Positions 46,836 through 59,180 are shown, counted from the whole stretch's first letter. The stretch: DNA of 60,563 nt, filler included, from Sphacelaria rigidula (GCA_964200075.2; 8 parts of 8 records of this genome joined end to end with filler, not necessarily neighbours in it), one strand, 5' to 3'. The notes: generated from the letters alone by a model not told the origin. Numbers and translations are program-made.

Positions 46836-47578
46836 CTTCAAAAGTACATACTCTACCCGAACTGCCCTTGTTAAAAATTGTTTCCCATTTTAGCAATGTG
46901 AAGACGTTGACACAAATACATGGGCCAATCCCCAAAGCACCCCATCGATCACATGGAGTGGATCCACTCACTTCACTACTGTTGTACCTTTTGAACACTA
47001 GCATCCTCCACATTATATTGTAGAGAGAGCACCAGATTTTGCCAACAGAATATTGCCTCGTGCGAATGGGCCCCCCTTCGAAAAATCAGACTGGATGGTC
47101 ACATGACTTATCCCGCCTGGTGAAGGGTCCTCCATACATCAAATGGTTTCTTGTCTGTATTTTGACTGCGACCTCCTGCCTGTATTTACCCTCCGTATTG
47201 TCTTGCAATGCACGAAGGTCCCCTGTTCTGTACTGTGATACGGTATCTGTGCATTGGCTGTAGTACTCGCGCTAGTAATGATGGCATCAGCCGGGCCGCT
47301 TATTTTTTGGGCAAGCACCTTCAAGTAGAGTTTTTGACTCTCCGCCAGCAGCCCTTCCAGGCTAGTTGGTAGACTCCGTCTGGCCATGGTCGCAGTCCTT
47401 CGTTTCTCAGGACGTGGGATGGTGCGGTGTCAGTGGCATTCCATATTTGCCTGTAACACAAATGATCAGGCCCGTTGAGAAAGGGCCCAAGAGCATGTGG
47501 TCGTACTCCAATGCGGTAAGTCGTTTGTTATCCTCTGCGTATCTTCCCTCTCGTCCAGCGACGTTCGTACTTGCGGAA

Positions 47579-47674
47579 ATGGAGCTCACAAAGGCAACTT
47601 TAAAGAAAATATGCCGGGATGACGGTCTTTATTCCTTCCCAGCACTTAACGACAAGCTCTATCTTCACTACAAG
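47579..47674 (+). CDS. DNAAF1: Dynein axonemal assembly factor 1 (LRRC50/ODA7-like), exon 1
   Basis: MELTKATLKKICRDDGLYSFPALNDKLYLHYK, the characteristic DNAAF1 N-terminus; GT donor at 47675. Confidence 0.93.
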
Positions 47675-47911
47675 GTACGCAACGCGGATTTTAATCAAGC
47701 CGTTCGTCGCCCTTGATTTATCTCGCACCACGTGACTTCATGATACGAAAACCGGCACAATGCTGTACGGATAATGAAGGAACAAGTTAATGCTGCTGCC
47801 GTATGGTGTAGAAGCCCTGGTTTCCGATCATTGCTTGTAAGAACACCAACGGAAAAATGAACCATGTCATGTTTGAGGATGCTTACCGAGGTATGCCTTG
47901 GTTTTGAACAG

Positions 47912-48082
47912 GGGATTCGAAATCTTGAGAATCTGGAGGAATACACTGGTTTGCGTGTCTTGTGGCTGGAGGGCAATGGTCTCACCAAGCTTCAAGGGAT
48001 GGAAGCACAAACAGAGATGAGGACACTATATGCCCAGGAGAACTTGATCGAAAATATAGAGGGACTCGACTCGTTTCTCCAG
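47912..48082 (+). CDS. DNAAF1: DNAAF1-like, exon 2
   Basis: GIRNLENLEEYTGLRVLWLEGNGL...LYAQENLIENIEGL LRRs; AG/GT boundaries, phase 0. Confidence 0.93.
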
Positions 48083-48334
48083 GTATTACTATTGTTGCGA
48101 AGAAAGTCTTTTGAACCAGTATTAAATTCACTTGTTGCGGATCGAGATGTCGTGCTGAACTTTGTAACAACACAGTATCCTCATCATATATGGCCAGGTG
48201 TGTATCGCCACCTCCCATTCGTGGGCCATCAACATCCACTCAACGTACCAGGATGTTGATGTGAGGTTGAACAATGTACACACGGCGCATCAACGTACGT
48301 TGACAATCTCCTGGAAGCGTGTTACATTGTCATA

Positions 48335-48925
48335 CAGTATCGGCCCTCTCATAAGAAACGCACTTTTGAGAAAACCAGGCTCAGATTTTTCAAAAATTAA
48401 GAAACGGCCCANNNNNNNNNAGCTGACACCTGGTGACCCCACACTACACCTCTGCAAGCACAGCTAGCGGACCAATGTTACTGGAAGGGGATTTTTTTCC
48501 CAAAAATGGAAGGGGGGGCAGAAAATTTCCACGGTGGCCCCAAAATGAAACTGTCATTTTTTGCGGCGAGATTTTGTTTCGGGAGTGTCGATGTTGATTC
48601 GCACAAGGATTGGTATAGAGGCCGCTTTTTTTTAGTTTTGCCATTATCAGCAATGTGCGGGCCGTTCCGTTGACTCAGGAATATAACGAGAAATAGAACA
48701 AGGCACAGCAGTGTCGAATTTGCCGTAGTAACGACACAATGGAGGAGAGCCCAGCAGTCTCGAATTTGGCACGAGAAATCAGAAAGACGCGTTTAAGAAA
48801 ATATTGGTGTTGTGGCGGAAATATTTAAGAAAGACACGTTTAAGAAAAAAAGGCTGAACACTTCAGTCCAATGAGAAGCCCATCCTCGGCCAGAATATCA
48901 GTTTCTTATGAGCGGGCCGATACTG
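48335..48925. mobile_element. Tc1/mariner-type MITE in DNAAF1 intron 2
   Basis: TIRs CAGTATCGGCCCTCTCATAAGAAAC / GTTTCTTATGAGCGGGCCGATACTG, flanked by TA on both sides; contains a 9-N gap. Confidence 0.85.
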
Positions 48926-49191
48926 TATACCATGTTGCCTCAAGATACCTCTCTATTAATAGCCACCACCGCAGTGGTGCTCAATCCTGACTGTCCGCTT
49001 TCCCGTATCACAGGGGTGCTGATAGATTTGGGTGCAACGATATGCCAGGTCTATGGAGTAGCGTCATCGTACCGGGACGGTGTGGTATTTCTTTTCACCT
49101 GTCTGTCAAACAAATAGCCAACCGACCGTTCATCGTCGCTAAATACACTAAATCACCTGTCTCACGCTTACTGACAAATCTCTCGTCCCAG

Positions 49192-49338
49192 CTCGACACG
49201 TTGAACCTCAGCAAGAATTTCATCAGACGCGTGGAGAACATAGCGCACCTAGGCAGGCTGACCACCTTGCTTCTGGCAAACAACCATATTGAGACGTCCT
49301 GCGACATGAGTATTGTTCTCCAGTGTCCCACCATACAG
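49192..49338 (+). CDS. DNAAF1: DNAAF1-like, exon 3
   Basis: LDTLNLSKNFIRRVENIAHLGRLTTLLLANNHI...CPTIQ; CCCAG acceptor, GTGAG donor. Confidence 0.92.
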
Positions 49339-49705
49339 GTGAGCCGGTTTCGAGGCGAAAAATGGGCAATATATACTACATACATGTCGCTTTTCAGTAT
49401 GCACCGGTGAAGGACTTCAGAAAGGGACAGTTCTAGCCACCCGTCGGGTGCAACTTGCTGTGCAGGATAGACGCCAATAATGCAAAATAGTGCAAGCCGA
49501 GGGCTTTCAGTCGCACCACTTACACCCCTCTTTGGCGATGGGGGATAAACTGTAGTATTAATCAGTAACCCGTACAAATTAGTTGACTGATGATAAGAGT
49601 GTGTAGAATAGATGCCAGTGCAAATTACGGCGGAGCAAGCAAATCAAGGACTCTTGGTTGCATCAATTAATGTACACCCTCTCCTGCGATGGGGTGTAAG
49701 TCTCA

Positions 49706-50056
49706 GTGTGTGTGCTGTCGTCCCATTTTTTCTGGACGCTGGTCTACACCTTTCGGTATACTATGTGGACGCACCAGCCGGGGTCACACAGGAGGGAGGC
49801 CAACACAGGATTTTTTTTCATTTTCCACCTTCCTTCTGCGATGCTTGCCTTTCTTTTTTATCACAAGAGGGGTCCGGCAGTCGCTTTCCCTCATCGACCG
49901 TGAAGTCGACTTTTGTGTACCCAAGACATAGTCGCTCTCCACTGTTGGGCATGGTGTGAGAAAAATCCCAGATCGTGTGACTGCATCGAGATTCGAACCC
50001 ACGACCCAACTGCCAGAAGGTTTCGAGGTTACCAACTACGCCACCGGGACGACCGG
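49706..50056 (-). mobile_element. tRNA-derived SINE, family 1, in DNAAF1 intron 3
   Basis: Reverse complement has GGTGGCGTAGTTGG A box, GGTTCGAATC B box and the same body and tail. Confidence 0.88.
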
Positions 50057-50553
50057 CTGATTTCAGTACAATTTAGGAATCCACACAAAATTTAAGCCGA
50101 AGACAAGAGAAGCCCCTGTAGTGCAACAGGTTTGCGGTGTTGGTGGGTATGAAGCCACCAGTGTTCCTTATGATCGTAGAGCGGGTTCTGACTCTGATCG
50201 TGCGTGGAGTTTCCCTGCTTTACGGATGAAGACCACATGCAAAAATTCTTCCAACGTGCCAGGACCCCATACTTGCCATTTGTATGTGCCTACTCGTACC
50301 GGAGAAAAACTTCGGCTATTCGACGCTCATGAAGTCGCCTGTAAGCTGTACTCATCCGTGATTTTGCAAAAAAATGGCTGCTAAAGATATCTCCAAGAGT
50401 TGACGCATAGTATTGGGCATGTTATTGTGTGTATGGAGCTGCATGTCAATGTACTAATCCGCTTGTTACGTGCCATGGAAATCATTTGAGTAGCAGGCAC
50501 GAGCGCTTACGCGGTGTTCCTTTGTTTCCTGCTGTCTGGTTGCCGTCCCACAG

Positions 50554-50726
50554 ACACTTGATCTCCAGCATAATCGTATCAACGACCCAAGCGTCATCGA
50601 CGTAGTGTCGGCGATGAACGACTTGCGGGTGCTGTATCTCCAAGGCAACCCTGTCGTGAAACTTATACGGCACTACCGGAAGACCTTAGTCAGTAGATGC
50701 GCGAACCTCAAGTACCTCGACGACAG
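50554..50726 (+). CDS. DNAAF1: DNAAF1-like, exon 4
   Basis: TLDLQHNRINDPSVIDVVSAMNDLRVLYLQGNPVVKLIRHYRKTLVSRCANLKYLDD (LRR cap); ends in phase 2. Confidence 0.93.
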
Positions 50727-52144
50727 GTATGTTTTGCGTTGGAAATGTACCACCAACGTGCCACCTTCCCCACGCAAGCTTGGTGTAGCATGCACAACAC
50801 ATCATCCTGCCGATTAAGTTACACTAATCTGGGGTACAAGACTGTCCTTCGTTCGGTCGTGCATGCTGCATTACACTTTGGGTGGCTAATATGAATTCCG
50901 TTTTGCAAATCCCTGTACCGAACACTGTCGACCTGCGATTCCAAAAATAAAAATCAACCAACCAGGATGCCCGCAGCTTCCCAGCTGTTTGTCGCGATCT
51001 CAATCCATAAGGCCTGCCGGAGGTGTCAACTTTGTGTCACCGCACGTGTTGCTGCAAAACACGGGCTTTCACGGATTGATCATGGATTTTCATTTTAGGA
51101 TGAACCTTGGGACCCTTCCCAAGGATTGAAATATTTTGGAAAAAAGTACAAATGCACTCTCTGGCCGTGATGTGTTGTGTCGCTCATCCTCAAAAGAATT
51201 CACCGGGAATTGACAAAATCGGGTGGTTGTTATACCGAACAGTTTTGACCTTCGTTTCTTCCCCTACGAAAAACTGCTCTCATTTGGTAAAATCCCATGT
51301 TAACACGGGATTTCACTACTTGCGGGTGGATTTTTCCGTTGAGGGCGAGCTTGGGCACACATCACGACCGAATATTTTGCCTTTACATACAAGTATCTTT
51401 TTCCGAAAATACTTTAATGCTCAAAAAGTTTCCTGGGGTTTATCCCAATAATTTCAATCCTCAACCTGCAAGATTCCGTATTTGCAGATGTTGTGCCGCG
51501 ACATTTTTGTTTTACCCGTGTATACTGCAGACCAAACCGATACACTTACTCTACTTGCTCATCTCGCGAAGTGCAATTGTCATGCTGTAAGCCATGAATT
51601 TTTCCCGTGTTCTGTAGTTCCGGACGATTCAATCGTATTATGTACGTATGGTTTTGGAATAATATTTACCCTTGGTGGTCTGTGTGCGTGTATGTACATA
51701 TTATACAGAACTCAAAATCAGAGGGGTGGAAATATGACATACTACAATGCAAGTTTACACAACGTGTCTCGTCGGCAGCAACACGGAATCCAGGGAAGTT
51801 TGTTTTGCGCACCAACACCTCCACCGTTGTAGCAAAACGGAATTTTGGTTCAAGGGCAAAAGGGACCTGCTTCGGATGGAAACGTCTTAGAAAAATGTTT
51901 TCTTAAAAAAAATGTTTCCGTGTTGAGTATCGCCATCGAAGAGCTTTGCTCAAGTTCAACATTAAAGCCTAAGCAAGGACCCACAGTTGGGCTATGGCAT
52001 GTACTCCCTGTAAGGGGTTTCGGCAGCAGTCGATGGGACACTTTTCTGCGGTTGGAGATCAGGGCATTCAGGGATACTGGACATCCCAAAAAGTAGCACA
52101 TCAAACCTCGCCCCTTCGCGCCGACGACATGTATTGGTCCACAG

Positions 52145-52304
52145 ACCTGTGTTCGACGAGGAACGCAGAAGATGTGTTGCGTGGTCACGAGGTATGGCTG
52201 AGGGGGGGTTGCCGCGTGCCCAGGAGGCGGAAAGGGACGAAATGGCAAGAATTCGAGAAGAGAAGAGGGCACACGAAGAGCGGCAATATCTTGCTTTTGA
52301 ACAG
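52145..52304 (+). CDS. DNAAF1: DNAAF1-like, exon 5
   Basis: (R)PVFDEERRRCVAWSRG...AQEAERDEMARIREEKR completes the conserved YLDDRPVF motif; phase-compatible. Confidence 0.92.
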
Positions 52305-52471
52305 GTGAGACATAAGTTAAACTTGTCACTGATGTATTGTTTGTATTTATCCATCCCCTTCGCATGTGTGACTTTTCGCGACGAATTTATCGCCCTAGAC
52401 GTGGGTACAGCATTGACCATGAATAACCCCGGACAATAATGCGCCCCATGCGTTCTACCCTTGCAATGCAG

Positions 52472-52525
52472 ATGATGCGCAAAGGGCTCCAATCTAGGCA
52501 GCAGGCGAACCAAAGAAGAGCGAAG
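52472..52525 (+). CDS. DNAAF1: DNAAF1-like, exon 6
   Basis: TGCAG acceptor, GTGAAC donor; MMRKGLQSRQQANQRRAK in phase 0. Confidence 0.7.
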
Positions 52526-52622
52526 GTGAACTTTCAACGCATGTATCCACACGTTTACTTGTTGGCGTTGTGCCTGTCTTCAGCCACCATCGTCCTGAAA
52601 GCTGCTCAAATGGCCTAAACAG

Positions 52623-52877
52623 GTTGACCACAACAGTGGCGACCTTGGGCATACTCAAGGTGCTACTGGGGCTGGCGAGGACAGTTCCCTTACGCAACAA
52701 GCTGCAGGGGGTATTGACTGCACGGCGTCAGCTTTGGGCGACAAATACGAGAAGTCACACACGCGTGATAGCAGTAGCATCGAGGGTGCGAAGCCAAATG
52801 TTGCATCTACGCACGGAATGATCACTTCCAACCCTTCAGACGACACTCCGCCTCCGCCTCCGTCAACGGGTGTTCAG
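52623..52877 (+). CDS. DNAAF1: DNAAF1-like, probable exon 7 (low-complexity tail); gene may continue off the contig
   Basis: AACAG acceptor, GTGCGA donor; 85 open codons in phase 0. Confidence 0.55.
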
Positions 52878-52981
52878 GTGCGACAAACTATCCCGGAGTC
52901 CGAGCTGGGTCAGCCAAGAGTAGGTGTGAATCTCGCTCAGGCGACGCACGGCGCGATATCAGGAGTTGGACGCTGAAATTT

Positions 52982-53081
52982 NNNNNNNNNNNNNNNNNNN
53001 NNNNNNNNNNNNNNNNNNNNNNNNNTTAATTAATTAANNNNNNNNNNNNNNNNNNNNNNNNNNNNNNNNNNNNNNNNNNNN
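52982..53081. other. Artificial contig linker
   Basis: N/TTAATTAATTAA/N, 100 nt. Confidence 0.98.
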
Positions 53082-53132
53082 CATCACGATGATCATCACC
53101 ATCTCCACCACCATCATCATCACCATCACCAC

Positions 53133-53173
<41 letters not shown>

Positions 53174-53315
53174 CCACCATCATCACCACCATCACCGACA
53201 TCATCATCATCATCACCACCATCATCACCACCATCATCACCACCATCACCGACATCATCATCATCATCATCATCACCACCATCATCATCATCATCATCAC
53301 CACCACCATCACATC
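53082..53315. repeat. (CAT/CAC)n microsatellite
   Basis: Direct inspection. Confidence 0.95.
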
Positions 53316-53359
53316 AGTGACAACAACAAAAAAACAAGCGATGACCTACTGTACTTCAC

Positions 53360-53498
53360 CTTAGGAGATCGAACCATGCCGGTACCCCTAGCCGGAGTCT
53401 TCATCGTCTCGTCTCCTGCACCCGACCGAGAGGAAGGCGTGTGGGGCTTCCAGGACGGCGAGGACGGCCGCTGCTGCTGCTGTCGGGAAGGGGTGCGC
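53360..53498 (-). CDS. Probable downstream exon of the TPR/coiled-coil gene
   Basis: TTTCAG acceptor, GTGAAG donor; RTPSRQQQQRPSSPSWKPHTPSSRSGAGDETMKTPARGTGMVRSPK; phase 2 start matches the end of exon 58416-58727. Confidence 0.6.
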
Positions 53499-53747
53499 CT
53501 GAAATGATTCAACGAGGTTTGCACCAGCATCAGCGGCATCAATCATCCGATTAAGCAACAGCAGCTATAGCAACAACGAGAATCAAATCAGCTACAAAAT
53601 AAAGCTCAAGACACGCGCGTGTACAAGTATGCTCTATCTTGTCTAACTGGATCGATTGATCTAAGCCGTTGGACCCACAATCAAACAGCGAAAATACACG
53701 TGCAGCAGCAGAGGACGACGGACGGGAATCTTTGTCATGAACAAATG

Positions 53748-54264
53748 ACAGCCGATCATCGAAATTGAGGATGGAGCTTTTCATTGAGGATGACACCCCG
53801 GAGGATTAAAATCTTCGTATCCACACCGAATCTTTGAAATACGGTTCCATGCCTTCACCTACTCATAGATATTGATAAGTGCAACACGCCATACAAATTT
53901 GGATTTCGATAATCGAAATGTTGGGGTTGTACGTGAAGAACCAATTTCGGGGAATTTCGGCGATCCGATCGGAGTAGCTGAATTCCCCAAAATTGTTGCT
54001 TCATCTAGGACCCCAACATTCCGCTTATCGAAATCCAAATTTGTATGTATGGTTGCACTTATCAATATCTATGAGTAGGTGAAGGCATGGAACCGTATTT
54101 CAAAGATTCGGTGTGGATACGAAGATTTTAATCCTCGTAGGGCGTGCAACAGTTGTCAATAGCTACCAGAAGGTGAAGGAACGGAACCATATTTTGAAAT
54201 TTTTAATCCTCCGGGTTCCCATCCTCAACGAAAAGCCCCATCCTCAATTTCGACGATCGGCTGT
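53748..54264. repeat. Large intronic inverted repeat (hairpin) centred at 53968/53969
   Basis: 53801-53885 is the exact reverse complement of 54052-54136 (85 bp); the inner stem is imperfect up to the TCCGATCGGA apex; outer arms 53748-53811 and 54201-54264. Confidence 0.93.
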
Positions 54265-55364
54265 TAAATCACACACGTACCGCCCGTGTCATACAGATGT
54301 GCGTATCATTGTATCTTGATGTTTCCAGCAGCATGCGCTGAATCAGACAAATCATCTACTTTTACTCGAGTGTGCAGTGACAATGAAATCACCATTTCGT
54401 TGTGCGTCGGTCATCATCACTGTCATGCATTCATCAAATATTTCAACAGCGGAAGTATCTCTCCGCCGCGGGCTATACCATCAAGTGTTGAGTGACGCTT
54501 TTTCCCATACTTTATTCAAGACAAAATTGACGCATCGCATTTTTTCCTCCGAACCGCTTTGTCTGCAGGAGGAAGCCACCACTGTCAATCACCGCGCATG
54601 CGCACGGCTAGATATGACCCGAGCTGCCAACGATGACGATTCAATACCCTCACATTTTTAACCCTTAGACCGCGAGGGTAATCTTTCTGGATCATGCATA
54701 CTTTTTTCAAGTGAAATTGATGCCGATTCAACAGATGACCTACTCTCGCCGTCCAAGGGTTAAAGTCGTGTTTCGCTGTCCACCAATGATACTTACTGCA
54801 CACATGATAAACACCCGGTCAAAGTTGAGGCGAAGAACCAAAACATGGTACATATCTTATTTAATTGTACTGCAGCACATACACACTCACGCCCTCTCTG
54901 AAGTGCTGTAGCAATCGCAGCACTGTGGCATGCTCAAACCTTGCGAACACGATTTGGTCTTCCCAGGATTGCCTGCGCTGCCGCATCAACATCGTGTTCG
55001 TCTCTGTCGAACATAATGTCGGTCGGCCCGCAGTCAGTGCTGTCTACACCCTGACGGTTGAAACTTCAAGGTGTGTTCGCTGTCTCGTCGTTGGCTACAT
55101 GAACAAGGCACTGCCCATACCCATCATTTCCATGCTGTAGTTTTGTAGAAGTTTTTGTGAATCGATTGTACTTCCAGCTTGACTGTTGTCACGTGAGGGA
55201 GAACACTCCTATGCGGCATAGTCGGCGGCGGGTTCATCACCAGCAATACCACTGACCGAGCCAATCATGGTGTAGAGTTGTGTGTTATCCCTGAGCGTAC
55301 TGCTCTACTGCGTGCCCTGCCGTCTGCTGTGTGCTGCTACTGCTGTGTATGGACAATGTTCCAC

Positions 55365-55620
55365 GGTTAGGACGAATCATCACGACTAATAGTCACCAAA
55401 TTCACGATTTCTTCGGCCTGATTGCCCGAAAGGGAGAAAAAAGTTGATCGCTGATCCAAGGGGTATCTACGCAACTATTGCGCCGTTTCACGTGCCTGGG
55501 CTGCGTGTACCTGGGTTGCAACGCTGAAACAAAGCCTAGGGATTGCTTCGTATGAGTCGAATAAAATATAATAAAACCGAGTAATATCCAGACGAATCAT
55601 TATTTGTCCGACCCTTGCAA
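55365..55620 (-). mobile_element. Fragment of the same Gypsy family's 3' internal region
   Basis: Colinear reverse-complement match to about 3672-3926 (GTTAGGACGAATCATCACGACTAA...CTGGGCTGCGTGTACCTGGGTT...AACAAAGCCTAGGGATTG). Confidence 0.85.
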
Positions 55621-55777
55621 TGTTGTGAGGCAGAAGTCCAAGTGTATTGTCGCACACCACTCTGGATTCACAATAAATGCGTGCGAATGTATATGTTTAT
55701 GGTAAATGAGTTCACTGCACACGCGGACGCCACTGACACTGTTCTGTGTATTACTACAACTTTATCACTAGACACGA

Positions 55778-56081
55778 ACCGGTCGCCCTGGTGGCTCAGT
55801 TGGTGACCTCGGAACCTTCCAACGGTTGAATCGTGGGTTCAAAATCTCGGAGGGATCTGGGATTTTTTCTCACACCATGCCCAATAGTGGAGAGCAAATA
55901 TGCCATGGGTGAACAAAATTCGACTTCATGGACGACGATGGAAAGGGACTGCTGAACCCCTCTCACGATAAAAAATAAAAAGGCAAGCACCGCAGAAGGA
56001 AGGTGGGGCACTAAAAAAAGGAACAAAACTCCCGTGTTGACCTTCCTCCTGTGTGACGACAACACACACACACACACGAAC
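55778..56081 (+). mobile_element. tRNA-derived SINE, family 1, with internal deletion and possible TSD ACACGAAC
   Basis: GGTGGCTCAGTTGG A box, GGTTCAAAATC B-box variant; ACACGAAC at 55772-55779 and 56074-56081. Confidence 0.85.
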
Positions 56082-56958
56082 ACACACACCACCTGCTTGA
56101 CTGAAATCTAGTGAGGGAGAACATTCCGATACGGCATTGCCGGCGGCGGGTGCAGCACCTGCACCACAACTGACCGCGCCACCTACGTGTAGAGTTGCGT
56201 GTAAACCTGAACGTACTGCTTTAGTGTCGTGCTGCGTGGCGTGCCGTCTGTTGTGCGATGCTACTGAAGTGGGTGGACAATGTTGGGTGAAACTGCTGTA
56301 GCCGTGTAACGTCGCCTTCAGTAGACCCATCGCTTGCTCCCGCACGCCGCAGGCAAAAAGAAATGGCATTACGCCGCGCAAACGCCTGATGTGTTCGTAA
56401 ATAATCAACTAATCATGATGAGTTGATTAATCAATTCATCGAGCCTATTTCATTAACAATCAACCATCAACAGCAAGTTGAATAATTGACGTTTAGGTTA
56501 ATATATGGACGAAAAAATGCTTCTCGATAAGACTGAAAACTGCTCGTTGCTAGGGCAATCAATTTTTTCTCGAGTGATCTTTCGAAGAGTGATCATCGCT
56601 TTCGATAAAAACCTGCTGAAGGGCGTATATTAGCAACCGTGCAGGGGAACAAAAAAATCCACACCCTGGATAATGGCAATAGACGACATCGTCAAAAACT
56701 GTCAAAAATGTACTGCGTACAGTATTGAATATTTTGTGTATTGCAATAGACACAACAGTCGATACTGCACCCAGTACACGTTTTGACAATGTAGTCCATT
56801 GTCTAGGGTGTAAAGAATCCGATGTGATGGGTCGTCACCTCAACATAAATGGCACGAGACACGCCCTGAGGAGATATATCAAGAGCGGTAAGGTGGGGCC
56901 TACAGAGGAAGAGATGGGTCCTTCATCATAAATTTCATTGTGGCCACGTAGGGGGGAT

Positions 56959-57058
56959 GTTCTCATGACCTTGCATGCCGTAGTCATATGCCCATTGACC
57001 TCGCATCCCTACAACGCCGGGACTGAGCACGCCGGGTTTTCGCCAGACCAGGCTCGTA
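56959..57058 (-). mobile_element. RTEX-like LINE 3' end (subfamily B) with TSD
   Basis: TGGCC(A/T)CGTAGG plus G-run at 56941 and 57059; body matches 22071-22168. Confidence 0.85.
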
Positions 57059-57555
57059 TGGCCTCGTAGGAGGGGAGGAGGGGGGTGGTGGTGTCGACTT
57101 TATCCACGCGAAATCGCGAAGGAGGGTTCTGTCTGGTGTATGACGGTTACAACAGGCCAGCGGGGTTCGAAAGCATCGTAGTAAATGGTCATCGCCAGAT
57201 ATTTCAACAGCATGATGTTAACGCAGCAAACACCCTCAATGCCCACGGGTACGCCGTCGACACCCCGCGGGAACAAGTCATCATGACCCTCGAAGATGAC
57301 CTTTGATCTCGAGTTGATGCATACAGCCAACGTGTTACCCATGCGATACAGGCAGCCGACGTCTCCCTCCTGCCGGCAAGGATCGATGAGCTAGGAACCG
57401 ATGCTCTTTGACTACGTCACTGTAAATCCGGTGGGGAGTTAGTCGAGCGACGGCGCGCCAGGTTGACCCCAGCACGGTCAGGCTTCCTTTTTTCTCACGT
57501 AGTGGTTACGTTAGCCGTGGGACTGGAAGTCATTATCTGCACAGACTGGTTGATG

Positions 57556-57972
57556 AGAGCCTCCTCGAAAATGATATTCAACATGAAAATGAGGTTCAAC
57601 TCCAAAACAACGCTGTCCCCGACTTCAATTCAGGACAATTTGACTTTCACATGGACGACCTCATGCGCCCCGAACTCCTCAAAACTAGTTTTGGGAGTTT
57701 CCCGTCTTCCGTTCCACCAAAGGGTATGTGCGTGAGCACCAGTTTCGGGCTAAGAAACGTCAGTTTTTCACCCTGAAATAGAGGCTCAAAGGCGCTTACA
57801 CGTAACCTTTGAGGGAACGGAAGACGGGACACCCCCAAAAATAATTTCAGGGAGGTCAGGGGTCATGAGGTTGTCCGTATGAAAGTCATTCGTCAAGATT
57901 TCAGGTCAGGAAATGCTCTATTTTGGAGTTGAACCTCATTCCAGTGTTCAACCTCATTTTCGAGGAGACTCT
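57556..57972. mobile_element. Foldback MITE, imperfect palindrome over its whole length
   Basis: AGAGCCTCCTCGAAAATGA / TCATTTTCGAGGAGACTCT; AATGAGGTTCAACTCCAAAA / TTTTGGAGTTGAACCTCATT; TCCCGTCTTCCGTTCC / GGAACGGAAGACGGGA. Confidence 0.82.
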
Positions 57973-58415
57973 TCTAAGTAACGAATACTGTCAGGGTCAT
58001 TTTTGTTTTTCGACATCTTGTTGCAAGTCTACAGGCGTGCGAGACTCGTGGCGTTATGACCTCCGGCACTGCTGCCACGCGCATCAGCCGCGGCTTACCA
58101 CCAGTTATCCTCGTTATTTTTTTAATTTTCAGTTATAATTATTTTTCTAATTTTAATATTGTCATCATTATCATCATTATTGTTACCATTATTTATATCA
58201 CCATTATTGCTATTACTATAATATTATATCATCACTGGTACTATTTTGACACATCAGCCCAATCTCTCGAACCCCTTGTCACAGACGTAGGCTCACCTTT
58301 CCGCTACCACCATTGCTATTCTTCACATGACATGGGTGCATACCAAGAGCAGAAAACTAAAGCAGTGCAGGTGGACACTGAAGAAAAAACTAAACATGAT
58401 TTCAGAGCGACTCAC

Positions 58416-58727
58416 CTAGCCGACGACGAAGCCGTCTCCGCCCTCGCTCGTTCTTGCGCAGCCGCGGCGGCCGCCGCGGCCCGCACTCTCTCGGCTGCCG
58501 CCCGTCTCGCGCGTTCTACACGAGCCTTCGCCTCCGCCTCAGCCTTGGCCCGGGTGGCTGCTGCAGCAGCCGCCGCCGCCGCCGCTTGCTTCTCCTTCTG
58601 CTCCCTCTCCTGCCGTTCCCTCTGTTGCCGCTGCAGCTCCGCTTCGTTTTGGCGTTGCTCGGCCTTGTCGAGGTGGATGCGGGCTTCATCCAGACTCGGG
58701 TCGCACTTGAGGGAGCCTTGCAGGTCG
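58416..58727 (-). CDS. Exon of TPR + coiled-coil protein gene
   Basis: GTCAG acceptor, GTGAGT donor; (C)DLQGSLKCDPSLDEARIHLDKAEQ completes a TPR, followed by a Q/E/R/A-rich helix. Confidence 0.85.
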
Positions 58728-58984
58728 CTGACGGGCGTGTGATTGATTGAATCCATTCGAATTCGTTCATGAGATCATTTGAATAACCGTACCCAGGGGT
58801 TCTTCATTGATTCATTCATACATGCGTTCAGGAAACCATTCATGGAGTTATTCAGGGATTTAGTCAAGGATTTGTTCACCTATGAAATCATTCAGGGATT
58901 CACATCTACGGACTCACTTATGGATTCATCCACAAAGTCACACAAAGATTCCTTCAAGGATTAATTTGCTGTATGTTCACTCAG

Positions 58985-59180
58985 GGATCTATTCATGAAG
59001 GATCCATTCATGAAGGATCCATTCATGAAGGACCCATTAACAGAGGATTCATTCCTGAAGGACTCATTCATGAAGGACCCATTAACAGAGGATTCATTCC
59101 TGAAGGACCCATTCGTGAAGGACCCATTCCTGAGGGATCCATCCCTGAAGGGTCCACTCACGGCGGATCCATTCATGGAT
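58985..59180. repeat. 15-bp intronic minisatellite (GAAGGA(T/C)CCATTC(A/C)T)
   Basis: About 13 tandem variants; more degenerate copies extend to about 58790. Confidence 0.9.

Noticed and set aside
53660-53810. Last exon of DNAAF1 overlapping the hairpin
   Set aside because: Different contig from DNAAF1, and the frame has an internal stop.
54940-55050. Additional minus-strand exon of the TPR gene (GVDSTDCGPTDIMFDRDEHDVDAAAQAILGRPNRVRK)
   Set aside because: A phase 0/0 exon does not fit the phase 2 junction between 58416 and 53498, and the splice context is weak.
58985-59180. Repetitive ORFs (EGSIH/KDPFM/NGSFM) or a CRISPR array
   Set aside because: A 15-bp minisatellite lying between two well-supported TPR exons, so intronic; the ORFs are by-products of the repeat.
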